From Vitrella brassicaformis CCMP3155 (Eukaryota > Protista > Chromerida), in assembly GCA_001179505.1 (NCBI GenBank), contig CDMY01000493.1, positions 1,591-65,590 on the forward strand: 64,000 nt of DNA, given 5' to 3'. The notes beneath the pieces are model-generated. The model had not been told where the DNA came from. It searched no databases and saw nothing but the letters and a program-made list of their open reading frames with translations. The position numbers and the translations under genes were made by a program. Positions 25,870 through 38,600 of this stretch are shown piece after piece; positions within the stretch are counted from its first letter, which is position 1, and every line of letters starts with the position of its first letter.

Positions 25870-28100
25870 CAGATCCAAGTAGATAGAGCAGGTCGTTGAC
25901 TGGTCGATTGACTTCCCTTTCGATCGGCATTGTGCAGCTGCAGCCAGCCAGGCCTCCTGACTCTCCATGGCATATATATGATTGGGTGCGTGAGTGAGTG
26001 CGTTGTGTGAGTGCGCGTGTGTTCTCTTGGCGGTGCATAGCTGTGAGGCGCGTTTGTGTAGTGCCTGCAGCTGAGATGAGACACGGACCCGCCCCCGCGT
26101 GTGTCACGTGAACCAATCGTTCTTGAATGAATCTGTGAGCTTCACCAGACAGCATCGAAGTCACTTGCCGGATAGCATTGCGTGCACGCAGGACCTTAGG
26201 GCTTTCCTGTCTGTCTTCTCTGTGTGTGCTCGTGCGCAGAACGGTCCCCGCCGCATTCATGTCATGCAATCCCAGCGACGACCTGTAGGAAACAAGAAAG
26301 GTCACACTCAGTCTCAGACATGACGAGGAATCAAAAACTGGACACAGTCTGCAGCGAAAGGCTACACACAGAAAAAATGGGCATGCAAGCCGGCTCATCT
26401 GGGGCGACGCCGGTTGGCCCACGCGGAAAAAACCCTCCGGACGACACACACACACACAAAGTTACAGACCATTCCCACCCCCCTGGCGCCCACCCATGCA
26501 AGTGCTGTCAGGAGATGGACTCAGGCCATCTGTCTAGGACACTGTCTCTCTGTTTGTGCGTCAAAACCCCCTTGCAAGTGTCTGTATACGCAATGCATAT
26601 GGGGGAAAAGAAATCATGTAAGTAAGTACGAGGTGTCCCGCTGCGAACTGGGAGGCGGGATCGGTGTCCATGCTGATTTGCTGGTCATTGGGTGGAATGG
26701 CTTCAGCTGCAGGGGCTCCACTGTTGCCGAGCGGGTGCGCTTACGGCTGCATGTAAGGAGCGGAGACACAAACCAGTGGGAGCTATCTTCGTGTCTCTGG
26801 CTGCATATGTGTCTGTATCGCGCACTCGTATTCGAGAAAACTCCCCGTCCGCACCAGACCCCACCATTGTATATATCTGGCACACACACGTGTGTCGAGA
26901 GGGAGGCCCGTATGACGGTTGTATGTCTCCTAGTTGAGTCTGGCTGACCGGATGATGGCGTTGTTGAGATGGGTGAGATCGTCTTTGCTGAACAATGGCC
27001 GCAGCACTGAGAGCCTTTTGGAAGGAGATACAGGCGGCAAACCTACAAGCAACACTGAAAGAGCAGACAGAAGAGACAAGGACGTGTTCACATTCAAACC
27101 CCAGTCACTCACCATCCATGCTGGCCAGCTTCTGCATCATCTTCCTGCTATGCCCCGCAACCGGCGCCCCCTTCTTGGGGTCCTTGATCGTCCGCGATAG
27201 GTCCATTTTCATTCGCTCAGCGACAGGAAACCTTCTTCTGTGGTCGTCTTCCTCGTCGATACATGGGGACTGTCGGGGATCGAGGTTGAACCGCAGGGCA
27301 GGCGGGGTGGTGCTTTCGACGACGCGAAGCTTCGACAGACACGAGCAGATGAGCTCCACCAAAATCACAAACACCTCCACTGCAGGTAGGGGAAAGGGTA
27401 AGCACCACGCCTAAATGAACCCTACTGAGGGGGTTGGCCGAGTGCTGCGCATACTTGATAGCTTCTCTTGCGGTTCTATCTTCCGGAGCACGTCGATTTC
27501 CTCGAAAGCTAAAGAGAAGTTGGATATCGGATACGCCAACAGCTGCACATCGGAACAACACAACACAACACGCCGCCTTCACGTGTTTCGTGTGGCTCTC
27601 TCTTTGCCTTTCCGATGAAAACCACTGCGTTGACGTGAATCTGGTAAGAGGGGGGAAACAAGACAATCAGCAAACCGTGCAGTGCTGCTTTCATTGTCTT
27701 ACCTGGTCACAGAGCCTCCCAAAATCAGGCAGCGAAAGGCGGACCTTAACACCACCCAACCACACACAAACATTGACACACGAAGGACCCTCTCTTCTCC
27801 GCTCCCTCCCACACGCACCTGGCACTCAAGAGCGATAAGGAATCTCCCACACGCTTCGTACTGTTCGCAAAAGTGCAACAATCCTTCTCTCAGCGACGCT
27901 GGGGGAGGCGGGGGTGAGAGCAGGTGCCACCGACACACATTGGACCGTATGTGCTCCTTCTCCACCACAGCCACAGGCGCCGCCCCACCAGAGGCCGACT
28001 CATCTGTCGACAAGGAATCAAGACTGAGTGTGCCGCTTATTCCTCGCGAGGACCTCCCCGCTGGTCGGGCCCCCAGATCGGTGCCCGCCGCGGTTGGGGT
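25870..28100 (-). CDS. Multi-exon hypothetical protein (ends uncertain)
   Basis: Joinable coding-like exons: LLHFCEQYEACGRFLIALECQ|VRLSLPDFGRLCDQ|LLAYPISNFSLAFEEIDVLRKIEPQ..|VEVFVILVELICSCLSKLRVVE..|LSVLRPLFSKDDLTHLNNAII.. Confidence 0.5.
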
Positions 28101-28144
28101 TTCTCCCTTCCCTCCCTTCTGAAGTTTTCTGTCCCGAGAGAAAG

Positions 28145-28516
28145 ATGAAGAGGGCCTCCACGTCAACACAAGTCGGCGTCAAAAGCCTAGCCGAGCTCTT
28201 CGCCGAAGCCAAGTGCGTCGGCAGCGCTCACGAGTACGAGGCCGAGTGCGTCGCTGGCGGCCTGACGCTGGATTATTTGCTCGCTTCGAAGGTGCTGATA
28301 GAGGACTTCCCCAGGGTTGTGTGCCACAGTGATCGGATGGCAATATTGGCGGCACTAGAGGGCACCAAGCGGATCAAACGGGGAGAGACCAATGTGGCGC
28401 TGGGGGAGAGTGGTGGGTCTGCTGCTGCTGGGAAGGGGGAGGGGCCAATCAAGCTGAGGTCTGCTGACATGGTTGATGTTAAGCCGGTCAGTCGACACTG
28501 GGCCTACCCTCGATGA
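28145..28516 (+). CDS. Small single-exon protein, possibly SAM-domain-like
   Basis: 123-aa ORF. SLAELFAEAKCVGSAHEYEAECVAGGLTLDYLLASKVLIEDFPRVVCHSDRMAILAALE loosely follows the SAM helix pattern. Confidence 0.45.
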   Translation: MKRASTSTQVGVKSLAELFAEAKCVGSAHEYEAECVAGGLTLDYLLASKVLIEDFPRVVCHSDRMAILAALEGTKRIKRGETNVALGESGGSAAAGKGEGPIKLRSADMVDVKPVSRHWAYPR

Positions 28517-28751
28517 AAGATGAGCCAAGGGATCGTGGTGGGTATGGTGAATGGACTCACAGACATGATGTGTTCGGTTCGTGTCGCCTGACCTTACTGA
28601 AGTTTCTACGGCCGGATGAGACGCATAATGCTGCAGCCCAGCCCCATCAATCTGATCTATACAGAGAGAGGCAGGGCAGGGCAGGGCAGGGCAGGGCGTG
28701 GCAGGGCACTGCACTGCACTGCACACATGCACCCAATAATTGACTGAGACG

Positions 28752-30910
28752 TCAGCCGGTCGCTGAACTGTACATCTCCCTTGTCGCCTCTGAAGTCACA
28801 CCATGATCGAGACCCCTACCATCCTCCCAAGCATCACGCAGTGCACCCTCATCCCCGGGCTCATCTCCCTGCCCGTTGTCGGGCACGGCCTCCATCTGTG
28901 TCGGCTCTCCTTCTTGTGTTCGTGTCTCTGTCATGGCAGCTTTCTCGGCATCTGCATCTGGCTGTGGTGGGTGGGTGTGTTGTTGTCGTTCTGGAGGGTG
29001 TATGTTGTCGTTGTTAAGCACCGAACGAATGGCCGCGATCAGCTCATCTTCGGTCGGCACATCTGACAATGAAATGAGTGAACGGACAGGGTGGGGACAT
29101 GGATGTGCAGGAAAAGTTCCAAAAGTTACCAATCAAAGGACAGATGTCGTGCAGGCGGCCAACGATCTGCACTCAGGCAGACAGACGCATTCCCATGATG
29201 GATGCGATGCGCGTGAGTGGAAGCTGGGCAGATGAGTGCCTCTGTCTGTCTCACCTACCTCTCTGAACAGCGGCACGTACTTCGACCCCATCGCTGCCAG
29301 GTCGCAGGCCACCCGGGCGATGTCGGCCTGGGGGAAGGCATCAACGAGGCTCTCAGCACGCAGGGCCAATGCCTGACGCTCACACATACACAGATAAAGA
29401 GAGATAAAATGTTGGCTCATTCGGAAGAAAATGTGTGTGTCCATCCACTCACTCACCTGTGTGACATCGTCGTTGGCCATGTGCAGCTGCCGGAGCGACC
29501 TGGCGATGCGAACAACAGCGCGATGCCTGGTTGGACACCCGAAGAGACACATAGGGGCACCCGGCAACACACAAAGACATGCATGTGTGGCTGGTCAGTC
29601 TTTCGATGTCAAGATTACGTGAGATAGGGGCATCTGGGCAGGACGCCTTGGGTCAGCACGGCATCCAACAGCTCCCCCGGCTGCACAGTACATGCATACA
29701 CACCCACACACATATGCCATCGACCAGACCAGTGTGTCTCCCCCCTTGCTCTCCTCACCGCAATGCCGATGATGGGGAGGGCTTCCAGCAGATCGACCGT
29801 CTCCCACAGCGTCAACAAGCCGCCCTAGATGAACCGAACACACACATCCATGTCGATATGATGCGGCCCAGGTCTATGTCATCTGTTCACCTTTGCGCAA
29901 CTGTTGAGTGCCCCCACGGCCGCTTGCAGCATCTCCACTGCCAGCCGCTCAGCATCGGTATCGCCGTCCACTGCGTCAGCCTCTGTGCCCCCATGTTGCT
30001 CCTTCCTCGCGTAATGCAGCTGCAGGAGAGCGAGGCTCGACCCACGCAGCAACGTAATCGCCCCTGCAGTGCACCGGCACGCCCACACAACACATCACAT
30101 GCATGACAAAAGATTGCGTGCTTGTTGGGGCGCGTGCATCACACTGACTGACTGACTGGCTGACTGACCTCTGGGTGTGAGCTCATTGCACCTCTCCCTG
30201 AAGCTCTCGGCAACCACTCGCAACAAGCCCCCCATAGGCAGCCCACAAGACGCGCCGGCGTGCAGCCACCCCACCAGCACATCATACTCACACCTCTGCG
30301 GATCCAGCGCCGTCAGCGCATTGTCCAGCCGTGCCGACAACGCCTCAGTGAAGAACGCCAGCATCGCCGGAGAAAGCCCTTGGAGCCGCTGAAACATGTT
30401 CAGACACCCGGCCAGCCTCGTCCAGGAGCACCATTCCACCTGGTCGAATATCGAGCGGTACAGACACTGCAGCACATCGGGGTCGTCCATGACGGCCTCA
30501 CTGCCCTCCTTGCTGTCCGCCAGAGCCCGCAGCAGCTTGTGGATCTCATCGGGGCGGAAGTCGGCGGCCTTGGCCTGCGCCTGGAAGAGGATGTCTTTCC
30601 AAATGGACGCGCCGGCTCGCTTCTGCATGTCCGTGTGTCGGCTGAGCTTGTGTGCGTAGTGGGCGAGAACTCGAGGGCGCATGTCGAACACGGAGAGATC
30701 AAACGCTGATCTCCTGTGTGCAGGGGGATGGAGAGGGGGAGCAGGTACGGCCTCATTGGGGAACGGGGCGCCCGTAGCAGCCGTTGTGAGAGGGCGATGG
30801 TAAGCGTGACATGTTGAAGGGAGGAGAGCAGGAAGCAGCGTCAGGTCAGACGGAGCCCAGATCTTGGTCAATCCCCAACATGCCCTCTTCGCCGGTCGCA
30901 GTGATGTCAT
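28752..30910 (-). CDS. Alpha-helical repeat protein with an organellar-type presequence (OPR/HPR-like candidate)
   Basis: ATG 30910 starts a basic, acid-free leader, followed by an L/A-rich helical body with motifs such as DLAAMGSKYVPLF and LLRVVAESF. Confidence 0.55.
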
Positions 30911-31477
30911 TAGATCTTCTCTTTGTCAGAGCTAAGCTCGCAGCCGGATCGGCGTCACCGTTGTCCTCCTCCCCCCCTCTTTCCTCCTCAGAGGAGCTTG
31001 TGCGATGCGCAAAGCAGCTAGACGGCCAAGAATATCATGAATTGATTCATTCATTAGCTTTCTTTTTCTGACACACTGTGCTCGTTGTCCTCGGCGACAT
31101 CCGTGACGCATTGATCCATGGCAGACAGACACGCAGACATCGAAGCGTCCTTTGTCGTCTGCACTTGTCTGATGACGACTTCATTTCCCATACGCGGCCA
31201 CAGAAAAATGGCCTAGAAACTCAATCAATGTACGAATTGCATCCCACGCACACCGGCCCTCCACCCATCCTCCCACCCCAGACGGATAGCACAGTACAGG
31301 AACCGCCGGCAGCATGTGTGTGCGCGTCTCAAAACACCAAAAACAGACAGCGAATCGACCGATTGACTTACCGCAAACGAGGCAGCGACACGCGACGTGC
31401 ATTGCAAATAAAGAGCAGATGATGAAAAACATCCCAGCCCTCCCCCCTTCTCCCCCCTCCCCTCCCCTCGGCTCTGC

Positions 31478-34313
31478 TCAGGTTGACGGCACAGTGACTC
31501 CGAGGATGTCTGAAGCAATCTCGCTGATGTCTTCGATGCCCAGGATGGCGGCAAAGTCGGGGACGAGGATGTTGTCAGGAAGAATCTCACTCTCCCACAC
31601 GTAGGTGAACTTGCCCACGGTGATGGAGTAGAGGAACAGCCGGTCGCCCCCGTCGTCGATGAAGTCCACACCCACACCCACACTGCTCGTCTCCACCTCG
31701 GCGGACCCCTGCGGGACGCCGTCGTCGCCCACACCGGCACCGATCTGGGCGTAGACCTTGCCCAGCCGGCCGAAGCCTACTTGGCCGAATATCTCCTGAC
31801 TTCCCTCGGGGTCATCGTCGGGGAAATCGCCGTTGAGCACCAGCTGCCAACCGTCACCCCAGTTGCCTGAGTGAGTGGAGAAATGCAGCAACGAGTTAAC
31901 AATGTCTTGTCTAAATGCGTTGATGTCTGTCTGTCACTGTTCGTTCACCTTGAAAGTCAGTCTCTCTTTCGTCAAAGTCTCTGAGGACGGAGAACTGCCT
32001 CCCCAGTGTGCCGACGCTGACGGCGTACTCGGTGTCGTTGACGTCGGCACCGACGGCGACTGAGACGCTCCTCCAGCCCACAAACACCTCGGTGGCCAGC
32101 TCCTCATCGTCGTCGGTCGACGGGTCCTGCACGTCGTCGAAGTCATGCCGCACGGCCACCTCCACGTCGCGCACCTTGACCCGCTGGCCGTAGTCTCTGT
32201 CGGAGAAGTCGATGTTCGTCCCGGACTCCACCCCCCGCGCGACCACCTCCACAGCTGTCTGGGCATCGTCGAAGTCACGGTCGACTCTCACACCGTACGC
32301 GCCGTAGGAGACGCCCACACCGCCTTCAATGTCCGATTCGTCGGTCGACACGGACACCTGGGCCTTTCCGAAGCCGACGTTGGTCGATGTCGCTCGGTCT
32401 TCGAGGCCGACACCCACACCCACGTAGCCGTAGTCATTCCCCACCTGCACGGCCGTCTCTCTGTCCTCGAAGTCGCGGCCCCACGTGACCGCCCAGTTGT
32501 CGTACACAATCTCGTTCGACACCTCTTTAATCGGCTTGCCGCCCAACTCTTTGTCGGAATCGTATCGGAGCGTGTTGCTCCCCAGGAAGGCCGCGGCGAG
32601 GAGTGCCGCGGACACGGCCGCGCGGTCCTTCTCGTCCACTGTGTTGAGGAAGGTGCTGATCTGGCTGACGTCGCCGTTGGCCACCGCGAGGGCGGTCAGG
32701 ATTTGCTGTCGCTCCTCTGGGGGGATCTGGTTCAGAAACGCCGCGATGTCCTCGGCCGCGGCGTCGTCCTGCAGCATCTTTGTGACGACGTCGAGGGGGT
32801 CTTCTGTCACGCTTTTCGACGTTGACAACATCCGCTTCGCTGCGAGCACCGAGCCGGGCTTGAGGGGGCTGAAAGGGTTCTCCCTCTCCACTGTTCGCGT
32901 GGCTCCCAGTTTTCGCATTGATCCGAACTGCGCGAAGGCCGTGGGGCCCATCGCTGCTGCTTGGGCGAAGTGCGATTTCGGCTGTCGGCCCCAGGCACAG
33001 ATGCTCTCGACAGACGGCTTGGTGACGAAGGTGGCCATCATGCACGAGATTGTGTAGCGGTCGTAGTCCTTGAACATCATCGGACGCAAACTGAAGACAA
33101 TCTCAGCTTCTGCCAGGAAGACACAACACACAGAGAGAGTGGAATGCACATATCATATGGACGATCTGTGTGTGCGTGCGGGCTGGTGTCGATCAGCGCA
33201 CCTGAGTCCTCCGTCCCCCCGCCACTCTGCAGCTTGATGACTTTGAAATGCACGTCCTTGTTGATGGGACACCCATTGAGAATCAGATGGTACACGCAAC
33301 GCGGGTTGCTCGACTGTCGGCCCTCCGGACACACCGCCGTGCACTCCATCGGCCACGGCCAGACGTCCTCTCCCGCACCGTTGACCGTCGATTCGAAAAT
33401 CATCCCACTGACACGAGACGGAGAGACACAGACAGAGAGACGGGACAGATGAGGGGAGAGTGGCGGGCGGTCGCGTCGTCTGTCTCGCTCACTCGTCGTC
33501 ATTGGTGGTGGCAGTGTTGAATTCAGTGCCGCCGATCACCCCGGCAGAGAGCATGTGTCCCGTCACGGCGGCCTTGACGAACTTGGGCATCTTCTTGCTG
33601 CCCTCGTACGCCTCCTTCGACGTCGTCTTGTGCTCCCACTTGGCCGTCGCCAGACATCCGCCCGAGCCATCGCCCACCGGATCCGGCCGGTTGTCGTTGG
33701 TGCTCTGCAGCCGCCTTCTGTCCCCTTGAGCATTGGTGGTGCGTGGGCATGCGCATGTGATAATGGCGTTGTTCTCAGGGCCATGGACGCGGAGAACGTT
33801 GACATAGTACACGTACCTGTCCGTGACCGTCTTCTTGGTCTTGCACCCGTCGTACGTGGTCGAGGCCGCCAGTGCGTGTCGGCCCGGCCCGTAGAAGTCC
33901 TCCACCCAGTGGGCCACGCACCTCTTGTCGCTGATGGCGTCGTGGAAGCCTCCAGGGAACTTGCCCTCAAACGCGGGGTTGCGCGCCATGGGGACGGCCG
34001 CCGTCATCTTCTCGTCGGAGCACCACGCGCCTGGCGGCACCTTCTTGGGCAGGCCAGTCCTTTCCAGCCTCTCGCGATGGGAGATGTACTGGCTGGGGTC
34101 GAATTTGGCTTTCTGTGGCCCGCGCAGCTTCGGCCCATCTGGCTCGGGGACGCCTTTGATGGGTGGCGGTGGCGGTGGTGGCGGTGGTTGATATGGGCGG
34201 TCGGGGGGTGGAGGCGGCATGAAAGGACCGAGGAACGAGCCCCTGCCGGGGTCTGCACGGGCGATGATGGGCAGCAGGAGAGGCACGAGGACGCTGACAC
34301 GGAGACGGCCCAT
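31478..34313 (-). CDS. Secreted ZP (zona pellucida) module-like protein with a poly-Pro N-terminus and an acidic beta-repeat C-terminus; exons 34313-33493, 33407-33202, 33109-31949, 31866-31478 (2577 nt, 858 aa)
   Basis: Signal peptide MGRLRVSVLVPLLLPIIARA. Three phase-consistent GT-AG introns. ZP-N motifs CSDEKMTAAVP, ISDKRC, YDGCKTKKTVTDRYVYYVNVL and IITCAC. ZP-C motifs PMECTAV, YHLILNGCP and IVFSLRPMMFKDYDRYTISC. Confidence 0.85.
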
Positions 34314-35021
34314 GGCTGCCGGCGGGAGAAAGAAAGAAATTTTCAAAGTTGAACATACCACAATTGTCCCCCAAGTTGAGCTCGCAGTCCCTCCAGCGGA
34401 TTCTCCGAGAGCCGTTCAAGCAGTGCGTCGGTCCTTCCCCTTCTTCTCCCGTTCCCCCAACTGTTTTCCTGCTGCATGCAGTCACTTCCACCAAGTCACG
34501 TGCCAAGAGAAAGTGACAGCAACGAGCCAGCCAGCCAGCCAGCCACTTAGTCACACTATGACACGCACCAAGTGGATGGATGGACGGATGGATGGACATA
34601 CAGACAGACAGCAGGATTACAAACAAATACACACACACACATACACATAGACACCCTTCCCCGAGTCACGTTACGGTATCGACATGAAGACGCATGCATG
34701 AGCTACCTACATACACGGGAACGCATCCACAGACACCCACTCATACAGACAGACAGACAGACAGACAGACAGAAAACACGACAGGCAGGCAGGTAGAGAG
34801 ACACGCAGAGTCGGCTGACGTGACAGACGACGCAGAGACAGACGGGCGCTTTACCTCGCCCTTCCACCCTCACGCCTACCGCCACGTCTGCCGTCTGCGT
34901 GTCAGCCTCACTCGTTGGTCGGTTAGTTGAAAAAGAGCAAAAAGACGCCACACCCACACAAGACACCAGCACCAGCAGCAGCAGATCCATGTCCCTCACC
35001 CACCCCCAACATAGATAGCAT

Positions 35022-35664
35022 CTACACGATCACCCCCTCAACGCATTTCTTGGCCTCCGCCACGACCGTGTCGGCATTGCCTGCACAGCTGGCCCGCACA
35101 AAGGCCTCCGTCTTCTGCGCCACCAGCTCCCATATGGCCTTCTGGTCGGCCAGCCGGGTGTGCAGGTACGCCACGACCAGTGCTGACAGCAGCACGGCGT
35201 CGTCCACACACCCACCCACGCCGGCCTTGAGCTCATCGTACTTGGCCGCAGACACGCCCATGACCGACAGCAACTGAGGGGACAACCGGGCAGAGAGGGA
35301 GAGAAAGTGAGAGTCATCTGTGGGCGTGTGCTGTGGGGAGGTACCTTGTCTTTGTCGTTGAGGCTGTATGAGCCGTTGAACTGCTGCATGTCGACCAGCA
35401 GAGTGAGCGCATCGGTCTCCTTGGCCTTGGCCTTGTCTTGGGGGCGGTCGGCTTTTTTCTGCTCCACCGAATCCATCATGATGTGGTCGGTGTCATCGTC
35501 TGCCAACTCCTCCTCCTCGTCTCTGTCGACCATCGCGCCCTCCGCCCTAACAACATCAATCTCATCGGCCTCAGCAGCCTTGGCCCGCTCGCCGAAGCCT
35601 GCGAAGCCAAAGATCTCCCTGACAAACACAGGCCAAAGCGTCAATCAGTCTCTCCGCACATGTG

Positions 35665-35697
<33 letters not shown>

Positions 35698-38600
35698 ACC
35701 CTCTCGCGTCCATCTTCTTGTGTTTCCCCTTCCGCGCGCCGCCACCCCCGATCCCGAGCGCCATGCCTCGCGGCGGCCCGGCCATCAAACGTCTCGGAGC
35801 GGCGCCCCTGAGGAGAGAACGCGCCACGGGCATACCGCCAGGGGCCATGGGGGCCGCCGCCATGGCACACATCGCCATGGGCATCGCCATCCCGCCATAC
35901 TCGTACTCGCCAGCCTGCATGAGAAGCACACAGACAGATGCAGACAGGAGTGGATGAATGAATGGACGGATGGATGGATGGATGGCAGTCGGGGCGATGC
36001 AGGGAGGGAGGACTTACTTGTGGCACCACAACTGTCTCGGGTGGTGGCTGCAGGACGGTGTGGGTGCGTTTCTCGATGGCCAGGTAGGACGTCCACTTGG
36101 AGGCCAGACCGAACGTCACACCGAGGGCGATCGCCTCAGCCTTCACCTGACACACATCCACACACACATAAACACAGACACACACACAAGTGTACCCACA
36201 ACACCACCATGGGCATCCTGGTCTTCCCGTACGTGGCTCTCGAGTTCGGGGCTAGGCGGTCTGCGGCCATAGCGGTGTCTCTGGCTCGGCTGCTCCATCG
36301 CCTCAGCCTTGTCGTGCAGCAGCGAGGTGCCCTCCTCCAGATCACGCAGCATCACACGGGCAGCTAGACGATGCAGCTGCACACACCATACAAACACATC
36401 ACAGAGAGAAAGAAAGAGAGAGAGTGTGGCTGTGTAACGTGGATGGGCACGTTTGTTTCTACCATGCCGTCTTGCTGCTGTTCGTTGCCGTCGTCCAGCG
36501 GCAACCGCAGCTCGATCGGCCCCTCTGGCGAACTCGCCTTCAGCAACACATGGGTCTGACACACACGCACCCACACAAACACATGCACATACATTCGCAC
36601 CACATGTGTGTGTGTGCATCTCTCTCCCGTACCGGTTTGGTGGTGTCGTGGAAGAGTGCGTAGGCCACGTAGTGCGACCCCGAGAACACAGGCGGGTTGT
36701 GGAAGGGCGCGCGCCACACGGGGAGGTCGGACGTCGACAGAGTTGTGGCGGGGGCGTGTGTGCCGTGTGTGGCCTCGAGGGCCTTGTCCTTCTCGCCAGC
36801 CTGCTTGGGCGCGAAGAACGACAACGCACCCTGTTGGCACAAAAGAGAGTGAGTGAAGTTGACATCTATCTATCTATCGTGGGTTGGGCGACGTACCAGT
36901 ATGCCGGTCTTTTTGGGCTGCTCTGGCTGTGGCTGTTGCTGCTGCTGCGTGTCGGTGCCCGTGGTTGTGGGTGTGGGTGTGGGCGCAGGTGCAGGTGAGG
37001 GCTTGGGTCCCTCCCACTCGATGGTGAGGTTGGCTAGAGCCGGCTGCAGGGCTCGTTTGAGCTGACCGATCACCGCCTCACGCAAATCCTCAGTGTCCGT
37101 CACAAACTACACACACACACACACACACGTATACACACATGATGCAGAGAGAGATGTTGTTTATGTGCGTCCCTTCCCAACCATATACACGTACCTGTGC
37201 GTCGCCGTTGCCGTTTCTGGCGATGCCCTTGACGAGGTAGGTGCTGACGCCGCTCCCGATGCCCAACGAGAACACACGGGGCGGCTGGTGCTCGCCAGCC
37301 GATGGCGACGATGGGTTGGCCTCCGTCTTGACGAGCTGCACCACCTCCGCCTCGTTGCTCACCTGACCGTCCGTCAGCACAAACACCTGCCTGCAACCAA
37401 CACACATACACACAGAGAGGGAGAGATGCAAGAGATCAGCGCAGATGAGTGTGTGTGCGTGTGCGTGTGTGTGTGTGTGTGTTGGGGCCACCCACCCGAT
37501 GGCTCACCGTGCGTATCCCTGAGTGGGCTTCATCTTCTTGAAGAGGTGCTCCAGTGGCTTGAGGATCTCGGTGCCGCCCATGTCGGCATCGACCGTCGAC
37601 ACGAAGGCCAGCGCCTCGGCGACAGTGGCCTCGCTGGACTTCACCGATGAAGGCTTCCACACACTGATTGATTGCACCACACACCCACAAGCATCCACAG
37701 CGCACAGAAAGCCAGTGTGTCTTGGGAACGCTTACCTGAAGGAAGATCCGAAGGAGATGAAGCTGAAGTAGCAGTCCATTGGCAGCGACTTGAGGAAGAT
37801 GGTCATGGCCTTCTTGCTCTGCTCGATACGCGAGCCGCCCATCGACCCCGAGCGGTCCAGCACAAACACCAACTCGCACTTCTGCTCATCCAGCGTGAAC
37901 TGAGACACACACACACACACACACACCACACAGAGATGGTCTCTCCCCGTTCTCATGTGTGTGTGGTGTGTGTCTGCTCTGCTCACCTTGGGGACGATGC
38001 TCATCATGGCCGCGCCGCGGTAAGGGCAGCACGCCTTGACATCGACCTTGTCTCCCTCTTTGTCCTTGTCGACCTCCATTTTGTCGTCCTTCTTGCCCCC
38101 GCCCTCTGTCTGGTCGGCCAACGCCAGGCGCTTCTCTCTCTGCTCTTCGAAGTATCGCTCGGGCAGCAGCTGCCAGAAGACACGCGGCGTGTGCAGGTCA
38201 ACCACGTGCACCTGGATGATGATGTCGGCCGCTAGGAAGACTTCCGGCAACGCCAGGGTGACCTCAGCCGACCTGACAACACACGGCATCCATCAGTGTG
38301 TGTGCGTCTTTCTTCCCACCTCTCTCTCTCTCTCTCTGTGCCGCGTGTGCGTGCTCACGTTCCCTCCATTTTGGAGACTTTGATGGGGTGCGACGGCGAC
38401 TCGATGCTGTCGATCTTGCTGGGCATGGCCATCTTGGCGGTTAGAGAGAGCTTGGCGGCGTTGGCGCCCATGTCAGGGGTGGTGCCGGGCGTGACGTAGG
38501 TGACGTTTTGCGGCACCTCGGACGCCGGCTGGTGCTCGGGTGTGTAGCGGGGGGCGATGTGCGTCGGCAGGGTGAAGCGGATGCGCTTGTCGAATATCGA

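Noticed and set aside
28660-28725. (GGGCA)n and (TGCAC)n pentamer repeats
   Set aside because: Simple sequence repeats in a UTR/intergenic region, typical of this genome.
35030-36367. Long overlapping ORFs on both strands
   Set aside because: Explained by exons and retained introns of the VIT-vWA gene and their antisense frames.
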